A stretch of DNA of 64,000 nucleotides from an uncultured Treponemataceae bacterium (GCA_964485395.1 CAZAJF010000015.1:16008-80007), one strand, 5' to 3'. Numbered from the stretch's first letter, positions 49,609-59,980 are shown. Made by a program: numbers and translations. The notes: generated by a model not told the origin, from the sequence alone.

Positions 49609-51020
49609 TGTATTGCGGCATCGACCTCGGAACCTCGTCGCTGAAATGCCTCATCGTGGACAACCACGGCAAAGAGCTGGGTTTCTCGCAAGTAGGCCTC
49701 TCGCTGACGCAGGAGTCAGGCCGATACCTCTCGGATCCGGCGCAGTGGCTCACGGCCCTCGCTGACGCCTTGGGTAAGGCGCTCGCTGGCGTTCCCGGCG
49801 GCGCTCGCGCGATCAGGGCGGTCGCCATAAGCGGCAACGGTCCCACGCTGGTTTCCATGGATGCGTCCGGTGACACCGTCGGGCAGGCGGTCTCCTGGAT
49901 GGACAGAAGCGCCGTAAGCGAAGCTGCGCAAGTATCCCTCCTTGCCGGCAAAACCTTGGATGCTTCGTTTTATCTGCCCAAGGCTATCCGCGCGCTGGGC
50001 GAAAAAAACGGCGACCGCATCGCCCGCTTTTTCTCGGCCCCCGAATACCTGGCGTTCATGTTAGGCGCAGAGCCCGTTTCCTACATGGCCGACGAATTTT
50101 ACGAGCCGTATCTGTGGTGCCTGCCAGCGGCGCGCGCGATGGGTCTTCCAGCCTCTCTTTTTCCCCGTTACGTAAAGCCCGCGACGGTTATCGGCGCGGT
50201 AAGCGCAGCCGCCGAAACGCGATTCGGCCTGAAAAAAAACACGCCCATCGTTTCGGCCTTTCCAGATTTTCTTTCTGCGCTGCTTGGCTCGGGAACCGTG
50301 CTTCCCGGCATGGCCTGCGACAGGAGCGGCTCGAGCGAGGCGCTCAACCTCTGCGTTTCGGCGGAGGCGCCGCTTTCCCTGCTTTTCGGCCTGCCCCACG
50401 CCATACCTGGCCTCTGGAATCTCTCGGGCGGCGTAAGCACGAGCGGCAAGGCCATCGAGTGGTTTGGCTCCATAGCGGGTTACGAAAAGGGAAACTCCGC
50501 CCTGGTCATAGAAGAAGCAGGCCGCTCGGTTCCGGGCGCGAACGGCCTCTGCTTTTTACCTTATTTGAACGGAGAACGCGCTCCCCTGTGGGATTCCTCG
50601 CTCCGGGCGGCATTCGTGAATCTAAGCGCGCGGCATACCCGGCAGGACATGGCCCGGGCTGTGCTGGAAGGCATCTGCTTCGGGTTGCGGCTGGTATGCG
50701 ACGAGATGGCCCTGCTTGGCATGCGGCCTTCCGCCATCCGCTGCTCGGGGGGCCTCGCGCGGAGCGAGACGGTATGCCGCATCAAGGCGGACATCCTGGA
50801 GGCGGAACTGCAGGTGCCTTTCATAAGCGACGCCGAGACGGTGGGAAACGCGGCGGCCTGCGCCGTGGCCCTGGGCGATTACGAAAACCTCCAGGCGGCG
50901 GCCCGGAACATGGTACGCATTGAAAAAAGCTACGCTCCCGACGCTTCCGCGAAAGCGGTCTACGACGGGCGCTACGCGGAATTCCGCGCTCACCTCGGCC
51001 GAGCGAGGGAAAGGACCTGA
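49608..51020 (+). CDS. FGGY-family carbohydrate kinase (xylulokinase-like)
   Basis: 'GIDLGTSSLK', 'FLPYLNGERAPLWD', 'RAVLEGI', 'SGGLARS'. Confidence 0.9.
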   Translation: MYCGIDLGTSSLKCLIVDNHGKELGFSQVGLSLTQESGRYLSDPAQWLTALADALGKALAGVPGGARAIRAVAISGNGPTLVSMDASGDTVGQAVSWMDRSAVSEAAQVSLLAGKTLDASFYLPKAIRALGEKNGDRIARFFSAPEYLAFMLGAEPVSYMADEFYEPYLWCLPAARAMGLPASLFPRYVKPATVIGAVSAAAETRFGLKKNTPIVSAFPDFLSALLGSGTVLPGMACDRSGSSEALNLCVSAEAPLSLLFGLPHAIPGLWNLSGGVSTSGKAIEWFGSIAGYEKGNSALVIEEAGRSVPGANGLCFLPYLNGERAPLWDSSLRAAFVNLSARHTRQDMARAVLEGICFGLRLVCDEMALLGMRPSAIRCSGGLARSETVCRIKADILEAELQVPFISDAETVGNAAACAVALGDYENLQAAARNMVRIEKSYAPDASAKAVYDGRYAEFRAHLGRARERT

Positions 51021-51022
51021 CC

Positions 51023-51997
51023 GTGCCCGCATCCATCTCCCAGAGCGTTATACTTTTTATACTCATGGCCGTAGGATTCGCCGCCTTCAAGATGGGCGTC
51101 TTCAAGGGCGAGGCTACGAAAAGCCTGTCCAGGCTGCTCGTGGATTTTACCCTGCCCGCCTTGATAATCGTATCCATGCAGAAACCCTTTACTCCCGACC
51201 TGCGCGACCAGGCCTTGCGCGTGCTTGGGCTTTCCACCCTTGTGTACGCCTTGGCTTTTCCGCTCGCTTTCCTCCTCACGATCCCGTATAGAAACTCAGG
51301 CTCGAAAGCGCTGGGCGTGCATCGCTTCGCCCTGTGCTTCTCCAACGTCGGCTTCATGGGCTTTCCCATCGCGGCCGCGATCCTGGGCAAGGAAAGCCTG
51401 TTCATGGTATCGGTTTACAATATTCCCTTCCAGGTACTGGCATTTTCCGCCGGCATACTTCTCATACGCGGCAGGCGCGGCGCCGCGCATGCCGGGAGAA
51501 AACAGCCGGGCGCACCGCGGACCGGCAATAAAAATCGGCTCGGATCCGCCGCGAAGCTCATGAACCCCGCCATAATCTCCGCACTGCTTGGATTCGCGCT
51601 GTTCATATTCTCCATAAAGATTCCTTCACTTCTTTTCACCGCGATGGAACTCTTGGGCGAGACGACCACGCCGCTGGCCATGGTGCTCATCGGCGCCAAC
51701 CTGGCGGCTACGCGACTGGGCTCGCTGTTCGGAAACTGGAGGCTGTGGGCCACCAGCGCGTTCAGGCTGGCCCTGCTTCCAGCGCTCGTGTTCCTGCTGG
51801 CTCGGGCGTTCGGGCTTCGCGGCCTGGAGCTCTCGGTACCCGTGCTCATAGCCGCCATGCCCGTCGCCGCGAACGCGAGCATCCTGGCCACCGTATACGA
51901 CGGCGATTCCGACACGGCCAGCGCGCTTGTTTTTTTATCAACGGTTATATCGCTCGTAAGCATACCCGTGGTGGGAATCCTGCTGGGCAAACTCTGA
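51023..51997 (+). CDS. AEC (auxin efflux carrier/malate permease) family transporter
   Basis: 'FTLPALI', 'FSNVGFMGFP', 'TTPLAMVLIG', 'AAMPVA'. Confidence 0.92.
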   Translation: MPASISQSVILFILMAVGFAAFKMGVFKGEATKSLSRLLVDFTLPALIIVSMQKPFTPDLRDQALRVLGLSTLVYALAFPLAFLLTIPYRNSGSKALGVHRFALCFSNVGFMGFPIAAAILGKESLFMVSVYNIPFQVLAFSAGILLIRGRRGAAHAGRKQPGAPRTGNKNRLGSAAKLMNPAIISALLGFALFIFSIKIPSLLFTAMELLGETTTPLAMVLIGANLAATRLGSLFGNWRLWATSAFRLALLPALVFLLARAFGLRGLELSVPVLIAAMPVAANASILATVYDGDSDTASALVFLSTVISLVSIPVVGILLGKL

Positions 51998-52071
51998 GCT
52001 AGCTATATTTTTCGGCCATGCGATGTTCCAATCGAACCCCGGAATAGGTCATGGCAAGCCAAGGCCATCCT

Positions 52072-52824
52072 TCATTTCTTTTGGGCGATAACCAAAAACC
52101 GATGGTTGACGAAGTCTTTATGCCGATATTTTTTCATATACTCGCCGAGGAGCCATAATTTATCAAAATATAACTCCACTGAAAAATCGCCTATTTGCCA
52201 GGGGATGCATTTCAAATAGTAAACGATACTTCCGATATCGTAGAATCTCGTGTAGCCCATCGACTCGGCGCAGTCGAGGATCTCGAACCCGGCATTCCGG
52301 AGCTCGCCCAGCGTCTTGAACAGGCACCAGTCGTAAAATTCCGGAACCGGGGCGCCGAGAGCCGAATTGAGATCGATGTCGTTCATCCCGCCGACCTGCT
52401 GCGTCACAAAATAACCGTCAGGCTTTAGCGCACGATGCAGCTCGCTTGCGACGTATTCTTCGTGGCGGTTGACGATCAAGTCGAAAAAACCGTCTTCGAA
52501 GGGCAGGATATTATCCTCGCCGATGCGCCGGACTTCTATGCCTCTTTTTTGCAGCCTCGTTTTCGCGATATCGACGTTTGGCCCATAGCCTTCGGTCGCA
52601 AACATGGCAGACGGTAAATCCTTGAAGGAATCGAGAAATTCGCCTCCTCCGGTTCCCATGTCCAGACAATGCGAGGACGCCTTGAAATAATCTTCCAAGA
52701 TCAGGGCATAGTTCCAGGGAAGAGGAGAATCCTCCATTTTTCCATTCAGGTGAGAAAAATCCCAACCGGTAAATTTTTGTTCGAATTCGCCTTGCAAATA
52801 TTTCTTCAGCTCCGCCGCGTCCAT
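52072..52824 (-). CDS. Class I SAM-dependent methyltransferase
   Basis: 'FTGWDFS', 'LDMGTGGGE', 'LPFEDGFFDLIVNRH', 'TQQVG'. Start at ATG 52824. Confidence 0.9.
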   Translation of the reverse strand: MDAAELKKYLQGEFEQKFTGWDFSHLNGKMEDSPLPWNYALILEDYFKASSHCLDMGTGGGEFLDSFKDLPSAMFATEGYGPNVDIAKTRLQKRGIEVRRIGEDNILPFEDGFFDLIVNRHEEYVASELHRALKPDGYFVTQQVGGMNDIDLNSALGAPVPEFYDWCLFKTLGELRNAGFEILDCAESMGYTRFYDIGSIVYYLKCIPWQIGDFSVELYFDKLWLLGEYMKKYRHKDFVNHRFLVIAQKK

Positions 52825-52888
52825 GGCGATCCACCTTTCCAGCACGTTTCTATCGATATCCGCCGCGCGACAGCGGATGGCCTGCGGC

Positions 52889-52918
52889 AAAAGCGGAGCC
52901 TGCGAGCGCAAGCTCCGC
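52889..52918 (-). terminator. Rho-independent terminator after the M16 peptidase gene
   Basis: Minus strand GCGGAGCTTGCG-CT-CGCAGGCTCCGC-TTTT. Confidence 0.7.
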
Positions 52919-52947
52919 CTGAACGGGATATCGTTCCCGAGGTCCGA

Positions 52948-55900
52948 TCAGCCTTCCAGGCTGACGATGGTGAACGGCGCCTCGGTCCTGCCGCCATGCG
53001 GCCCGCCCGCGAAAGCGGCGTTGGCCTTCTCGATGGCCTCGCGCGAGCCTATGACGCCCTTGGGCGCGTCGGCGAAGGCGAGCTCGACCAAAGGCAGCGC
53101 CTTCTCCTTGATATCCGCGAGCGTAACGGAGAACAAGCCGTCGCGGAAGGCCTTCCGCCGCGCCTCGTCGATCCCGAGGTAATAATCCTGTAACGCCATG
53201 TTTCCCGCTGTCTTGGGCGAGAGGATATAATCGATCTCGCCTATGAGCCCTATGCGCGCCTTATCGAGCGCAGCCTGGTCGAATTCGGCCGATCGCACGA
53301 ATTCACAGAAGCCGTTGAAATCGGCGACGGTATCCTGGAGGCGAGGGTCGCGATAGCTCGTGAGCCGCAGCACGCCCCCCTGGCTCGCGTCGTAGCGGGA
53401 GCTTCCGCCGTACGCGCCGCCCTGCACGCGGAGCTTCTTATACATATACTCGGTGGACGCCACGAAGCAGAGCGTCTTGATAGCAGGCGAGGCCTGGTGT
53501 TCGATACCGACCGTCTTGAGTACTCTCGCCACGAAGTTAACCTCAGACTGCACGGCCATGCCCACCGCGCGCACGGGTGACGGCCGTACCGCGCCGGCCT
53601 TCCCCATCGTGCCTGCGGGCAGGCTTGAAGCGTAAGCGCGCGCGCACTTCTCGGCGTCGGCCATCATCGCCGGATCGCCGGTCAGGTTTACCGTGAGGCG
53701 AGCGCGGGCGAGCAGTTTATCCGCGAGCTTTCGCAGGCGGCTGGCGAGCGCCGAGGAGTCGTCGTCGCACTGCTTGACGATATCGCGGAGCGTCATTACC
53801 TGGGAGAATCCGTTAAGCTGCTCGTTTCGCAGGCAGGCCGGGCTCAAGGCAGCGGCAGCGCCGAGGTACGCGTAGTAGCTGCCCATCCAGGTCAGGTTGC
53901 TTTTGGAATCGTTGAAGCACTCGTGCGCAAGGTCTTTTACGCGCTTGCCGTCGGAGTAGTCGGCGGACAGGCAGAGGTCGCGGAATATATAAAAAAGCTC
54001 GGGCACGTTGCGCGCCAGGGAGCTGCCCCGCAATACCAGTACCGTCTTGGGGGCGGAAGCGGCCAAAGTGCCCAGGGGCTCATAGCCGTTCGCGGAGAAA
54101 TCCAAGCCGCCGCTCGCGCGGCTGATGCGCGTGGCCATGGCCGAGTAGTCGAGCCCTGCGGCGCCGAGGCCGAGCGTCGCCTTGGCGAAGAACGGGATGA
54201 GCAAAACCTCCTCGTCGCTCAGGTCGCTCGCGTCGAAGGCGAGGTCCACCGCCAGGATGCCGTTGGAGAACGCAGGATGCGTCATGACGGTAGGTTCGCC
54301 TTTGGAGAGCACCGTGGGGAAAACAGGCACGGTTCGCGGAACGTCCGAGAGTGCTATGCGGGGCAGGCTGGCCATGGCCTCGGAAGATTCGGGCTTTTCC
54401 TGCGCGGCCTTGAGGGCGGCCGCATCGTCCCGGATCTTCTCCAGCTGCACCTTGCTCATAGTGGCTTTGAGCGCGGCCATCCTGGTTTTGAACGCCGCCT
54501 CTTTTTCAGAAGCCATAGTTGCACTGGGCTTTACGACGCACAGGAGGCGATGCGGATTATCCAGCAGCCAGCGGCGGATCAGTTTCGGGAACAGGTCTTT
54601 TTCGCGCAGCCAGCGTTCGCGCGCCGCGCCGATGAGGGAACCGTAGAGGAGGCCGTTCTTAGGGTCGATGCCGTAGTTGGAAAGCTCCGCCATGCGGTCG
54701 AGCAGCTGGTCGGGAGCGAAGCTGTTCTGGATCTCGCGTCCCGAGAACTCGAGCTTGTGGAAGGCCGCCTCAACCAGGTCCGCTTCGAGCCCGCGGTCTG
54801 CCAGAGCACGCAGCGTATCGAGCACCAGTGTTTCGACCTTTTCCGCGCGATCTGCTTCGGAGCCGCGCAGCGACAGGTCGAAGCTCGCCTGCTGCTGATG
54901 CCCCGAGTATCCGCCGGAGAGCAGGTCCTGGCCAAGCCCTGAATCGATCACGGCTTTGCGCAACGGGCCGGCGGCATTGCCGAGCAGGGCTTCGCCAAGA
55001 ACTTTGAGCAGCAAGGTTTCCTCGACATCCCGCTGGTGGGCTACCATCCAGGCTACCGTTACGTAAGTTTTTCCCGTCAGGCTCTCGTCGGCTGCCACGG
55101 GATACTCAGAGTCGCTGCGCCGGGGCTTGGTCCAGACGGCCTGCTCGCCTACGGAGGTATCGACAGCGACTTTTTTGAAACCCTGGAGTCGCGCCGCCAC
55201 GAAGGCGAGGTGCTCGGCCAGGGGGATGTCGCCATACAGGAACCAGGTACCGTTCGTGGGGTTGTAGTGTTTGCGATGAAAATCGACGAGCCCTTCGTAG
55301 GTGAGCTCGGGGATGCGCTCGGGATCCCCGCCGGAGTTATACGCGTAGATGGTATCCGGCAAAAGCGCCGAAAGCGAGCTCTGGTAGACGACGCGCTCGG
55401 GGGCGGACATGGCGCCTTTCATCTCGTTATAGACGACGCCCGTAATCGTGAGCGGCGAGTCGATGTCCCCCTCGGTCTCAAAGTCGAAGTGATGGCCTTC
55501 CTGCATGAAGGTGTTCCGGGTGACGAGCGGCTTGAGGGTAACGTCGGTGTAGACGTCGGCGAGGTTCCAGAAATCCGCGTGCACGGCGGAACTGACGGGA
55601 TAAACCGTCTTGTCCGGATATGTGCCGGCGTTCAGGTACGTGGCCATCGAGGTTTTGCCGAGCTCGGCGAACACATCGCGCAGAGGGTATTTCTCGGAAC
55701 CGGCCAGCACGGAATGTTCAAGTATGTGCGCCTCGCCGGCGGAGTCCGTCGGTGGCGTGCGGAAGCAGATGGAGTACATGTTGTCGCGGTCGTTGCAGTG
55801 CAGGTGAACGAGGCGCGCACCCGTAACGAGGTGCGTGCATTCGTAACAGAGCACCTTTACGTCGTCTATGGGGGTTATGGCGTCGATGCTGAATCCTGAA

Positions 55901-55950
55901 ACCGTATCGCCTGTTTTGTGCGCCGGTGCCGGTATGATGTGTCGTTCCAT
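52948..55950 (-). CDS. Insulinase-family M16C metallopeptidase (presequence-protease-like)
   Basis: Inverted zincin 'HILEHSVLAGSEKYP', 'LNAGTYPDKTVYP', 'GVVYNEMKG', 'RVQGGAYG', 'SYRDP'. Confidence 0.95.
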   Translation of the reverse strand: MERHIIPAPAHKTGDTVSGFSIDAITPIDDVKVLCYECTHLVTGARLVHLHCNDRDNMYSICFRTPPTDSAGEAHILEHSVLAGSEKYPLRDVFAELGKTSMATYLNAGTYPDKTVYPVSSAVHADFWNLADVYTDVTLKPLVTRNTFMQEGHHFDFETEGDIDSPLTITGVVYNEMKGAMSAPERVVYQSSLSALLPDTIYAYNSGGDPERIPELTYEGLVDFHRKHYNPTNGTWFLYGDIPLAEHLAFVAARLQGFKKVAVDTSVGEQAVWTKPRRSDSEYPVAADESLTGKTYVTVAWMVAHQRDVEETLLLKVLGEALLGNAAGPLRKAVIDSGLGQDLLSGGYSGHQQQASFDLSLRGSEADRAEKVETLVLDTLRALADRGLEADLVEAAFHKLEFSGREIQNSFAPDQLLDRMAELSNYGIDPKNGLLYGSLIGAARERWLREKDLFPKLIRRWLLDNPHRLLCVVKPSATMASEKEAAFKTRMAALKATMSKVQLEKIRDDAAALKAAQEKPESSEAMASLPRIALSDVPRTVPVFPTVLSKGEPTVMTHPAFSNGILAVDLAFDASDLSDEEVLLIPFFAKATLGLGAAGLDYSAMATRISRASGGLDFSANGYEPLGTLAASAPKTVLVLRGSSLARNVPELFYIFRDLCLSADYSDGKRVKDLAHECFNDSKSNLTWMGSYYAYLGAAAALSPACLRNEQLNGFSQVMTLRDIVKQCDDDSSALASRLRKLADKLLARARLTVNLTGDPAMMADAEKCARAYASSLPAGTMGKAGAVRPSPVRAVGMAVQSEVNFVARVLKTVGIEHQASPAIKTLCFVASTEYMYKKLRVQGGAYGGSSRYDASQGGVLRLTSYRDPRLQDTVADFNGFCEFVRSAEFDQAALDKARIGLIGEIDYILSPKTAGNMALQDYYLGIDEARRKAFRDGLFSVTLADIKEKALPLVELAFADAPKGVIGSREAIEKANAAFAGGPHGGRTEAPFTIVSLEG

Positions 55951-56125
55951 GGTTATACCTTTCACGTTGAATATCCGGCCAGTATATCCTGTTCAGGCGC
56001 CGCGTCAAGAATACAGTTTTATTTTACGCATTTTGGATCGCCACGTCATACAAGGGCTTGTCGAGCCTTGCATTTTCTGCCGTTTTAATGCATTATTCGC
56101 AGATACAGACAAACGAGGGCACCAG

Positions 56126-57760
56126 ATGATTACTGTTTCGGATCTCAAGCTCGGCTTCGGCGAGCGCATTCTTTTCAAGGACGTAAACCTTAAATTCACG
56201 CCGGGCAACTGCTACGGCATTATCGGAGCCAACGGCTCGGGCAAATCGACGTTCCTTAAAGTCCTCTCGGGCGAGCTCGAGCAGGATTCCGGCGAAATCA
56301 ACTACCCGCCCAAGCTGCGCATGGCCACCCTCAAGCAGGACCACTTCGAGTTTGAGGAAGAATCCCTCGTTAACGTAGTAATCCGTGGTTACCCGAAACT
56401 CCATAAAACCATGATCGAGCGCGAGACGATCTATGCAAAGGAAGATTTCAGCGAGGCTGACGGCATTCGCGCCAGCGAGCTGGAAGGCGAATTCGCCGAG
56501 ATCGGCGGCTGGGAGGCGGAAGCGCAGGCCTCCATACTTCTATCCGGACTCGGAGTGCCGGAAACCGAACACGCCAAGCTCATGAAGGAAGTCCCGGAGA
56601 CCGTCAAGGTCCGCTCGCTCATCGCGCAGGCGCTTTTCGGAAATCCCGACATCCTGCTCCTCGACGAGCCCACGAACGGCCTGGACCTGGACAGCATCAC
56701 CTGGCTGGAGGAATTCCTCATGGACTTCCCCAACATCGTCATCGTGGTATCGCACGACAGGCACTTCCTCAACACCGTCTGCACCCATATCTGCGACATC
56801 GACTACGGCAACATCCGCCAATATCCGGGCAACTACGATTTCTGGTACCGCATCTCCCGCATGCTCCAGCAGCAGGCCAAGGACCAGAAAAAGCGCAACG
56901 ATGAAAAAGCCAAGGATCTCAAGGAATTCATCCAGCGCTTCTCGTCCAACGCATCCAAGAGCAAGCAGGCCACCAGCCGCAAGAAGGTGCTGGAGAAACT
57001 CGAGCTCGGCGACATCCAGGGCTCCAGCCGCCGCTTTCCCTGGGTCGGTTTCAAGCCCGAGCGCGACCCAGGCAACAACGTCCTCCGCATCCAGAACCTC
57101 TCCAAGACCCTGGACGGTAAAAAACTTATAACCGGCCTGGACCTGCTCATCAACAAAGACGACAAGATCGCCTTCGTGGGCAGGGAGCACCTGGCCAAGA
57201 CGGCGTTCTTCCGCGTAATCGTGGGCGAGGACAAAGACTACGAAGGCGAATTCTACTGGGGCCAGACCATGAGCAACGCGTACTTCCCCAAGGAGAACGC
57301 CGAGCTTTTCGATTCCGACGCGTCCATCGTGGAATGGCTGGCCCAATATACGAGCAGCGAGGACGAGCAGTACATCCGCTCCTTCCTCGGGCGAATGCTC
57401 TTTTCCGGCGACGAGGCACTGAAGCCCGTGCGCGTGCTCTCGGGCGGCGAGAAAGTCCGCTGCCTCCTGGCCAGGATGATGCTTTCCGCGGCCAATTGCC
57501 TAGTGGCCGACGAGCCGACGAACCACCTGGACCTCGAATCCATCTCCGCGCTCAACAACGGCCTCATCGAGTTTCCCGGCGTGGTGCTGTTTACCAGCCA
57601 CGACCACGAGTTCGTAAACTCCATCGCCAACCGCATCATCGAGTTCTGCCCCGGCGGCGTAATAGACCGCATGATGAAGTTCGACGAGTACCTGCGGGAC
57701 GAGCAGGTCAAGGCGCTTCGCGACGAGTATTACCACGGCCACGTAATCGCGGAAATCTAG
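56126..57760 (+). CDS. ABC-F family ATPase (YbiT/YkpA-like)
   Basis: 'FTPGNCYGIIGANGSGKST'; two NBDs with 'DEPTN'; 'SHDRHFLN'; no TM segments. Confidence 0.93.
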   Translation: MITVSDLKLGFGERILFKDVNLKFTPGNCYGIIGANGSGKSTFLKVLSGELEQDSGEINYPPKLRMATLKQDHFEFEEESLVNVVIRGYPKLHKTMIERETIYAKEDFSEADGIRASELEGEFAEIGGWEAEAQASILLSGLGVPETEHAKLMKEVPETVKVRSLIAQALFGNPDILLLDEPTNGLDLDSITWLEEFLMDFPNIVIVVSHDRHFLNTVCTHICDIDYGNIRQYPGNYDFWYRISRMLQQQAKDQKKRNDEKAKDLKEFIQRFSSNASKSKQATSRKKVLEKLELGDIQGSSRRFPWVGFKPERDPGNNVLRIQNLSKTLDGKKLITGLDLLINKDDKIAFVGREHLAKTAFFRVIVGEDKDYEGEFYWGQTMSNAYFPKENAELFDSDASIVEWLAQYTSSEDEQYIRSFLGRMLFSGDEALKPVRVLSGGEKVRCLLARMMLSAANCLVADEPTNHLDLESISALNNGLIEFPGVVLFTSHDHEFVNSIANRIIEFCPGGVIDRMMKFDEYLRDEQVKALRDEYYHGHVIAEI

Positions 57761-57857
57761 GCAGGCCTTTCCCTCGACGCTGAAATTTAAAGACGAAAAA
57801 ACTTGCGCAACGCGCACAAGTCCGCGATACTTTAAATGAACCTTTGGGGGGTATCGC

Positions 57858-59153
57858 ATGTCCAGATTCGACCGGCGGGCAAGAATACTTAGAACCGCGA
57901 TCTTTTCGCTTTTCATTATATCGGGCGCTTCCGCGCTTCTGGCGCAGGAGCTGCCCGCGAGCGCCTGGAAAACAGGCTTTACCGCCGTTCAAAAAACGGT
58001 AAGGCCGTTCACCGCCGCGACTCTTTCGGGAAACCCCGTCAGTGACTCCTGGCTACGGGAAAGCTTGGCACTCGTTTACTGCTGGTCGCCTCAAAAAGAC
58101 CCCAAAGCAACGGGAATACTCAACCTAAGCAAAATCGTAAAAAGCCATCCCGCGATCAAGGTGCTCATACTTGCCTCTGAACCGGATGACATTATTCGCC
58201 CCATCGTACCCGATTCTTCCATGAACCGCTTCATCATCGCCGGGGCCCGGCAGACCCTGATGGCGTTGGGCTCACCGGGAACACCGTGCTGGCTTTTCAT
58301 AAAATCCGACGGCACGATTATCGCCGTCCGCAACGGTAATTTCGACCCTTCCAGCCCCAACGGCATCCAGGTATTGGATGCGATGCTCGCCACGTTCAAT
58401 AATGCATCCGCTTCGGCCAACGTCGCGGATGCACCCACTCCCGTAGCTTCCACTCCCGTGGTTTCAACTCCGGTGCTTCCCACACCGGCTGCTTCCACTC
58501 CGGAAATCGCTACGCCGGAAAAACCGGCCACGCAAACGGGTTCAGCGAGTATACAGCCCGCAATTACCCTCAACACGGGGCTGTCCGACGCCTCGTTCGC
58601 GAAGAGCATAGAAATCGAAGTAGTCGCCGAGCTCAATCTGGCGCGCACCACGCCCAAAGCCTATGCCCAACTGCTCCGCGAATACCGCAAGCTAATCCGA
58701 GGAAATTACCTGGAACGGCCGGGAGAAATAACCATCGTGCTGAACGAAGGCGCCAAAGCGGTGGACGAGGCGATAGCCTTCCTTGAGCGACAAGCTGCCG
58801 TACCGGCCCTGTCTCTTTCCAGGGGACTTACGCGCGCGGCCGGAGACCACGCCAAGGACCAGGGGCAAAGCGGAGCTACGGGCCATACGGGGCGCGACGG
58901 AAGCACGATGAGCCAAAGGATTGAGCGCTACGGAACCTGGCAAAGGACATGCGGGGAAAACATCGCCTATGGCCCCACGACCGCGAGGGATATCGTAATT
59001 CAGCTTATCGTGGACGACGGCGTCGCCAGCAGGGGCCACAGAACGAATATTTTCAAGGCGGAATTCCTTACCGTGGGCATCTCGTACGGACCCCATAAGC
59101 AATATGGCAGCGTATGCGTCCAGGATTTCGCCGGCGGATTTACCGAAAAATAA
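57858..59153 (+). CDS. Exported protein with a thioredoxin-like N-domain, Pro/Thr linker and CAP domain
   Basis: Signal peptide; 'LNLART.P', 'AAGDHAKD', 'GHTG.DGS', 'GENIAYG', 'GHRTNI'. Confidence 0.85.
   Translation: MSRFDRRARILRTAIFSLFIISGASALLAQELPASAWKTGFTAVQKTVRPFTAATLSGNPVSDSWLRESLALVYCWSPQKDPKATGILNLSKIVKSHPAIKVLILASEPDDIIRPIVPDSSMNRFIIAGARQTLMALGSPGTPCWLFIKSDGTIIAVRNGNFDPSSPNGIQVLDAMLATFNNASASANVADAPTPVASTPVVSTPVLPTPAASTPEIATPEKPATQTGSASIQPAITLNTGLSDASFAKSIEIEVVAELNLARTTPKAYAQLLREYRKLIRGNYLERPGEITIVLNEGAKAVDEAIAFLERQAAVPALSLSRGLTRAAGDHAKDQGQSGATGHTGRDGSTMSQRIERYGTWQRTCGENIAYGPTTARDIVIQLIVDDGVASRGHRTNIFKAEFLTVGISYGPHKQYGSVCVQDFAGGFTEK
58434..58517 (+). repeat. Degenerate 15-bp tandem repeat encoding a (S/P)TPxx linker
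   Basis: CCCACTCCCGTAGCT / TCCACTCCCGTGGTT / TCAACTCCGGTGCTT / CCCACACCGGCTGCT / TCCACTCCGGAAATC. Confidence 0.7.
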
Positions 59154-59239
59154 CCCGATGGCTTCAGTCAGGCGACAGGAAATCTTTCAAACTGAAATTA
59201 GTGCTTGCTCATTCTCCAAACACTGAATATAGTCATTGT

Positions 59240-59920
59240 ATGAGCACCAACGGAATATTTCACGAAGAGCCTCTTTCGTTGAGAAGAAAAGTGTACGATT
59301 ATCTCAAGACGAGCCTGAACGAAGGTAAGATGAAGCCGGGAGTGTTCCTGGACCTGAAAGGCATCGGGGATAAGCTTAAACTGTCCAGAACGCCGCTCCG
59401 CGACGCCCTGATACAGCTGGAAGTCGAAGGCTTTGTTACCATACATGCCAGACGCGGCGTCGTGCTCAACCCCATCGACCTTACCGGCATCCGCAACGCC
59501 TATCAGATAATCGGCGCCCTCGAAGCCAGCGCGCTCTTGGAGGCAAAAAGCAGCCTCACGCCCGCAGCCATAGACTCCATGGAACTGTATACGAAAAAAA
59601 TGCTCTCCAGCCTCGCCGAGGATAATTTCAACCTGTACTACCAGCAGAACATCGCGTTTCACGACACCTACCTGGAATTAAGCGCCAACTCCTATCTCAA
59701 GGAGACCGTGCGCAGGTTCAAGGAAAAACTCTACGATTTTCCCAGGCGCTCATCCTATCTTAAAACCTGGGAAGAATCCTCCGCCAGGGAACACGAAGAG
59801 CTGATCGCCTGTCTTCGCGCCGGAAAGTGGAACGACGCGGTTACCTTGCTCCGCGACGTCCACTGGTCATTCGCGGCTCAGGAAAAGTTCATTCACGAAT
59901 ACTATTTTGCCGGGATGTAA
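59240..59920 (+). CDS. GntR-family (FCD) regulator
   Basis: 'LSRTPLRDALIQLEVEGFV', 'NIAFH', 'EHEELI'; TTGCTC-17 nt-TATAGT ends 6 nt before ATG 59240. Confidence 0.92.
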   Translation: MSTNGIFHEEPLSLRRKVYDYLKTSLNEGKMKPGVFLDLKGIGDKLKLSRTPLRDALIQLEVEGFVTIHARRGVVLNPIDLTGIRNAYQIIGALEASALLEAKSSLTPAAIDSMELYTKKMLSSLAEDNFNLYYQQNIAFHDTYLELSANSYLKETVRRFKEKLYDFPRRSSYLKTWEESSAREHEELIACLRAGKWNDAVTLLRDVHWSFAAQEKFIHEYYFAGM

Positions 59921-59921
59921 C

Positions 59922-59980
59922 GCCAAACATGCGCTTAACCCGCGGGACATGGCATAGTCCGGTTTAAACAGTTGTTATGA
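59922..59980 (-). mobile_element. attC-like integron recombination site (59 bp, degenerate)
   Basis: TCATAAC-AAC-TGTTTAAACC...GGTTAAGCG-CAT-GTTTGGC, an R''/L''...L'/R' layout. Confidence 0.7.

Noticed and set aside
56051-56078. Hairpin upstream of the ABC-F gene as an antibiotic-responsive attenuator
   Set aside because: Weak stem, poor U-tract and no convincing leader peptide; the protein looks like the housekeeping YbiT/YkpA type
57786-57837. Nested inverted repeats after the ABC-F gene as an attC or MITE
   Set aside because: Short, imperfect and single-copy; no R boxes or target duplication
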